A stretch of 64,000 nucleotides of DNA from Tubiluchus corallicola (lineage: Eukaryota; Animalia; Priapulida): assembly GCA_030141605.1 (NCBI GenBank), contig JAQGDQ010000091.1:310001-374000 (forward strand). The letters are read 5' to 3'. A program made the translations under genes and the position numbers. The notes under the pieces are model-generated. The model did no database searches. It was not told the DNA's origin and worked only from the letters and a program-made list of their open reading frames with translations. Below, piece by piece: positions 61,426 through 64,000 of this stretch (its first letter is position 1; each line of letters begins with the position of its first letter).

Positions 61426-63614
61426 GCCAATCAATGCAGTGTTGTGGTGTTGGCTTTGGTTAAGGAATTCTGCATTAGTTAGTTAGATTTGTTGATTGAT
61501 AAAGAAAATACAATAAATATATATAGTATGAAAACTGCGTATTACATTCAGTTTTATACTTTAAATTACATTTGCCTAATGACTTAGGCACCATCAGTAT
61601 AAAGCGGATGTATTATATACAGTATTATATGTATTATTATATACATTATATACAAGTGTACGAAACAAAACGTCATGACATTGTATGTCATCTTATATTG
61701 CTGGCACACTGCCAAGCATGTGTTGGGACGGCATTGCTTTTGAAGAGGGGCACCCATCTCATCATCACACATAACACTCCTATGTCATAACACAAACTGT
61801 TGCATAATAGAAAGTCCCGCCGCAGTGAGTGATGTGTGCGCCATGGCCTATCTATTACACAAATTTGCAGCGACGATGACGGCACTCAAATTTTGAAATT
61901 TAGAACAAGCCTTAAAGTTGGGACCTTTCCTAAAATAATATGTGATTTTTTTAAGTGTCATGTAGACTAATTTAGACCGTTTGCTATTTGTGCATTCCGT
62001 TGCAAACGACCAAGGAAACATATACCTAAATAAGCAAAATTTACACTTTTTGCGCAATAATGCTTCTAGTTTAGTAATATAAGAATTGCACTTTAACATT
62101 GTTAATTGTGAAATAAAAAGCGGCCGAAACGTTTTAGTGCTAGTTATATAAATTAATAAAAAGAGAGGCAGGTTAAAAGCCACATTATTATTTCATGTCA
62201 TGCCAACTTAAACATTTTTTTCTGAAACTTAAATGTTTTAGGTTTTCGTATATACGTAAAAAGCAGTATTTACTCTCAGAAGTAAGCCGTTTTTTGAGTC
62301 GGAATACTGTTATTAATAACATGTTGTACGATGCTAACACAATTTTTAGATCGAACACTTTTAAGTCATGGCAAAGAATTTTATATATATACTCTAACTA
62401 ACATTTTCTTGTTAATACGCTTACTATATTTATAAATTATAATTATAAATAGACCTATAATATACTTATATTATAAATAAATAAGCTTACTGAGTTTTTT
62501 ATAAACCAACTGTGTGAGTTTTTACCTGTGCTTTATATTTATTTTTCTTTTATGGACTTTAGATGTCTGAAATAAAATTAAAGGCGAAACAACGTTATAT
62601 TTTCAGAATTTTTTAATGTTCATTGTATGCCAAAGTATTTTCTTTTTGGCGTGTACGTACTGTAGTCAGTCTGTTCTAGGCACTAAAGTAGATTTACTAT
62701 ATAATTTTTATAAATAAACGAAAACGATCATAAGCAGGTGTGATATTTTTCTAGCTATCATTAAGCCAACTGGTGCTTTTCTATACTTATATTTATACAG
62801 ACATCTGTTTGTTATTTAAAAATATTAAGTATAAATAAATCGTTAAACGTTATTAATCAATTTGACTAACTGATTTAGAATTACTGTATGTGTTTATCGT
62901 TAAAAAGTCACTTGCTGTTTAAAATTTTGCATTACCAGCTTCAAATTAATACAGTATGGCGTAGCTCGTTAACGTACTACAGATATTTGTGTAATACTTT
63001 TATAAATTATTTATAACATGATTTATAACATGGTTTATAAATTTAATGCATTAGATTATTTTAAGTACTTGACGCATTACTATTTAACCAGTTTTTAAAT
63101 CACAACCAAGTTTATAACAGAATACCATTTCTACATATGTATCTTACAACACGAAATTTTTCTTATAAATTTTACTTATATTATAATAAATCTTTTAATT
63201 ATTGTTCTAATAAAGAACGATTTAAGTTTTTGAAGTTGTGCAATATTAATACAAGTAAATATAAGAAGCCATAATATATGCAGATATCAAATGACTGTTG
63301 CATGATTATAGGTGGTATATATGATGCAAATTTCCAGGCTCATTTTTATTACCAAAAAAGCGATTGTTCTTTGAACACACAAGTCTGTCGGCAAAGATTT
63401 GGAGAGTTTTGTAGTCTCACAAAAAGGCTCATTACTCAGGAAGTTGAAGCATGTTGTCATCTTGAAGTGGTTAGACTCGTGTACATTTCAGCACGCGAAG
63501 CCAATGTGCTCCACATGTTCTTCGAAGATAATCAAGGCAGCACGGTGTGTGAGGGACCTAATCTCGGGCAAAATATCGCCAGTTGCCCACGTGTTTTTGT
63601 GGAAAGGAATTTAC

Positions 63615-63775
63615 CTCATATGTTGTTCGTTTAGGCTTCAGACTGTACAATACATCTAGAAGATTCTTGAGATGGGGATTCAACGTGGGGCATAGATGCC
63701 AGACTAAAACTGAAGCCATGAGTCAGCTGAAATTTAAAATGGGGTTAACGCTTATTTTCAAACACGTGGGCGTGG
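63615..63775 (-). promoter_or_regulatory. Candidate twist promoter and non-coding first exon (about 63711 to 63615)
   Basis: Minus-strand Inr-like TCAGTT (63713-63708) and donor GAG|gtaaat at 63615/63614. Upstream lie TGAGTCA, CAGCTG, TTTAAAT, CACGTG and a GGGCGTGG GC box. Confidence 0.35.
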
Positions 63776-64000
63776 TCAATGAATTTTGCCAACCTAGGCG
63801 TAGTTAATTATAATTATGAGATACTGAAGCATTTTGTTCGGCTGTATTATAGAACAAAAAATTACTTAATGTTTATACGTCTGTAAATTATTTGATCTCA
63901 CTTGCACCTTTGTGGTGTTTTTCAGAATTCATAATTACGAGTGAAAATATAGTATAGAACAGCAATTAAACTAAAATTCAGCTGCTAGAATACGCTTCCT

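Noticed and set aside
63278-63807. Overlapping + strand ORFs of 74-118 aa
   Set aside because: No recognisable domain or coding-like composition; better explained as twist upstream sequence.

Overview
AT-rich genomic DNA from an invertebrate bilaterian animal (spliceosomal GT-AG introns, microsatellites, decayed LINEs); the exact taxon cannot be fixed from the sequence. Two protein-coding genes face each other tail-to-tail. (1) On the + strand, an NCKAP5/NCKAP5L-like gene that I assembled by hand into 12 phase-compatible exons (33709-46982, 2538 codons plus stop). Its 5' end is not resolved, and the first 33.7 kb looks like giant 5' intron(s). (2) On the - strand, a twist bHLH gene with the whole CDS in one exon (60507-60019, 162 aa), an intron starting 30 nt after the stop codon, a probable 3'UTR exon from 57490 and a candidate non-coding first exon near 63.7 kb. 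Mobile DNA includes a 2.63-kb TTAA-flanked non-autonomous element with 26-bp TIRs (Kolobok-like), a CR1/L2-type LINE 3' relic, several RTE-like relics, a Tc1 transposase relic and a fold-back MITE. I found no clearly novel multi-gene system. The best leads are the twist/NCKAP5 linkage (a possible regulatory block), twist 3'UTR architecture, a microexon and short motifs in the NCKAP5-like protein, and the Kolobok-like element. All coordinates were counted by eye and all homology calls come from recalled family motifs, not database searches.
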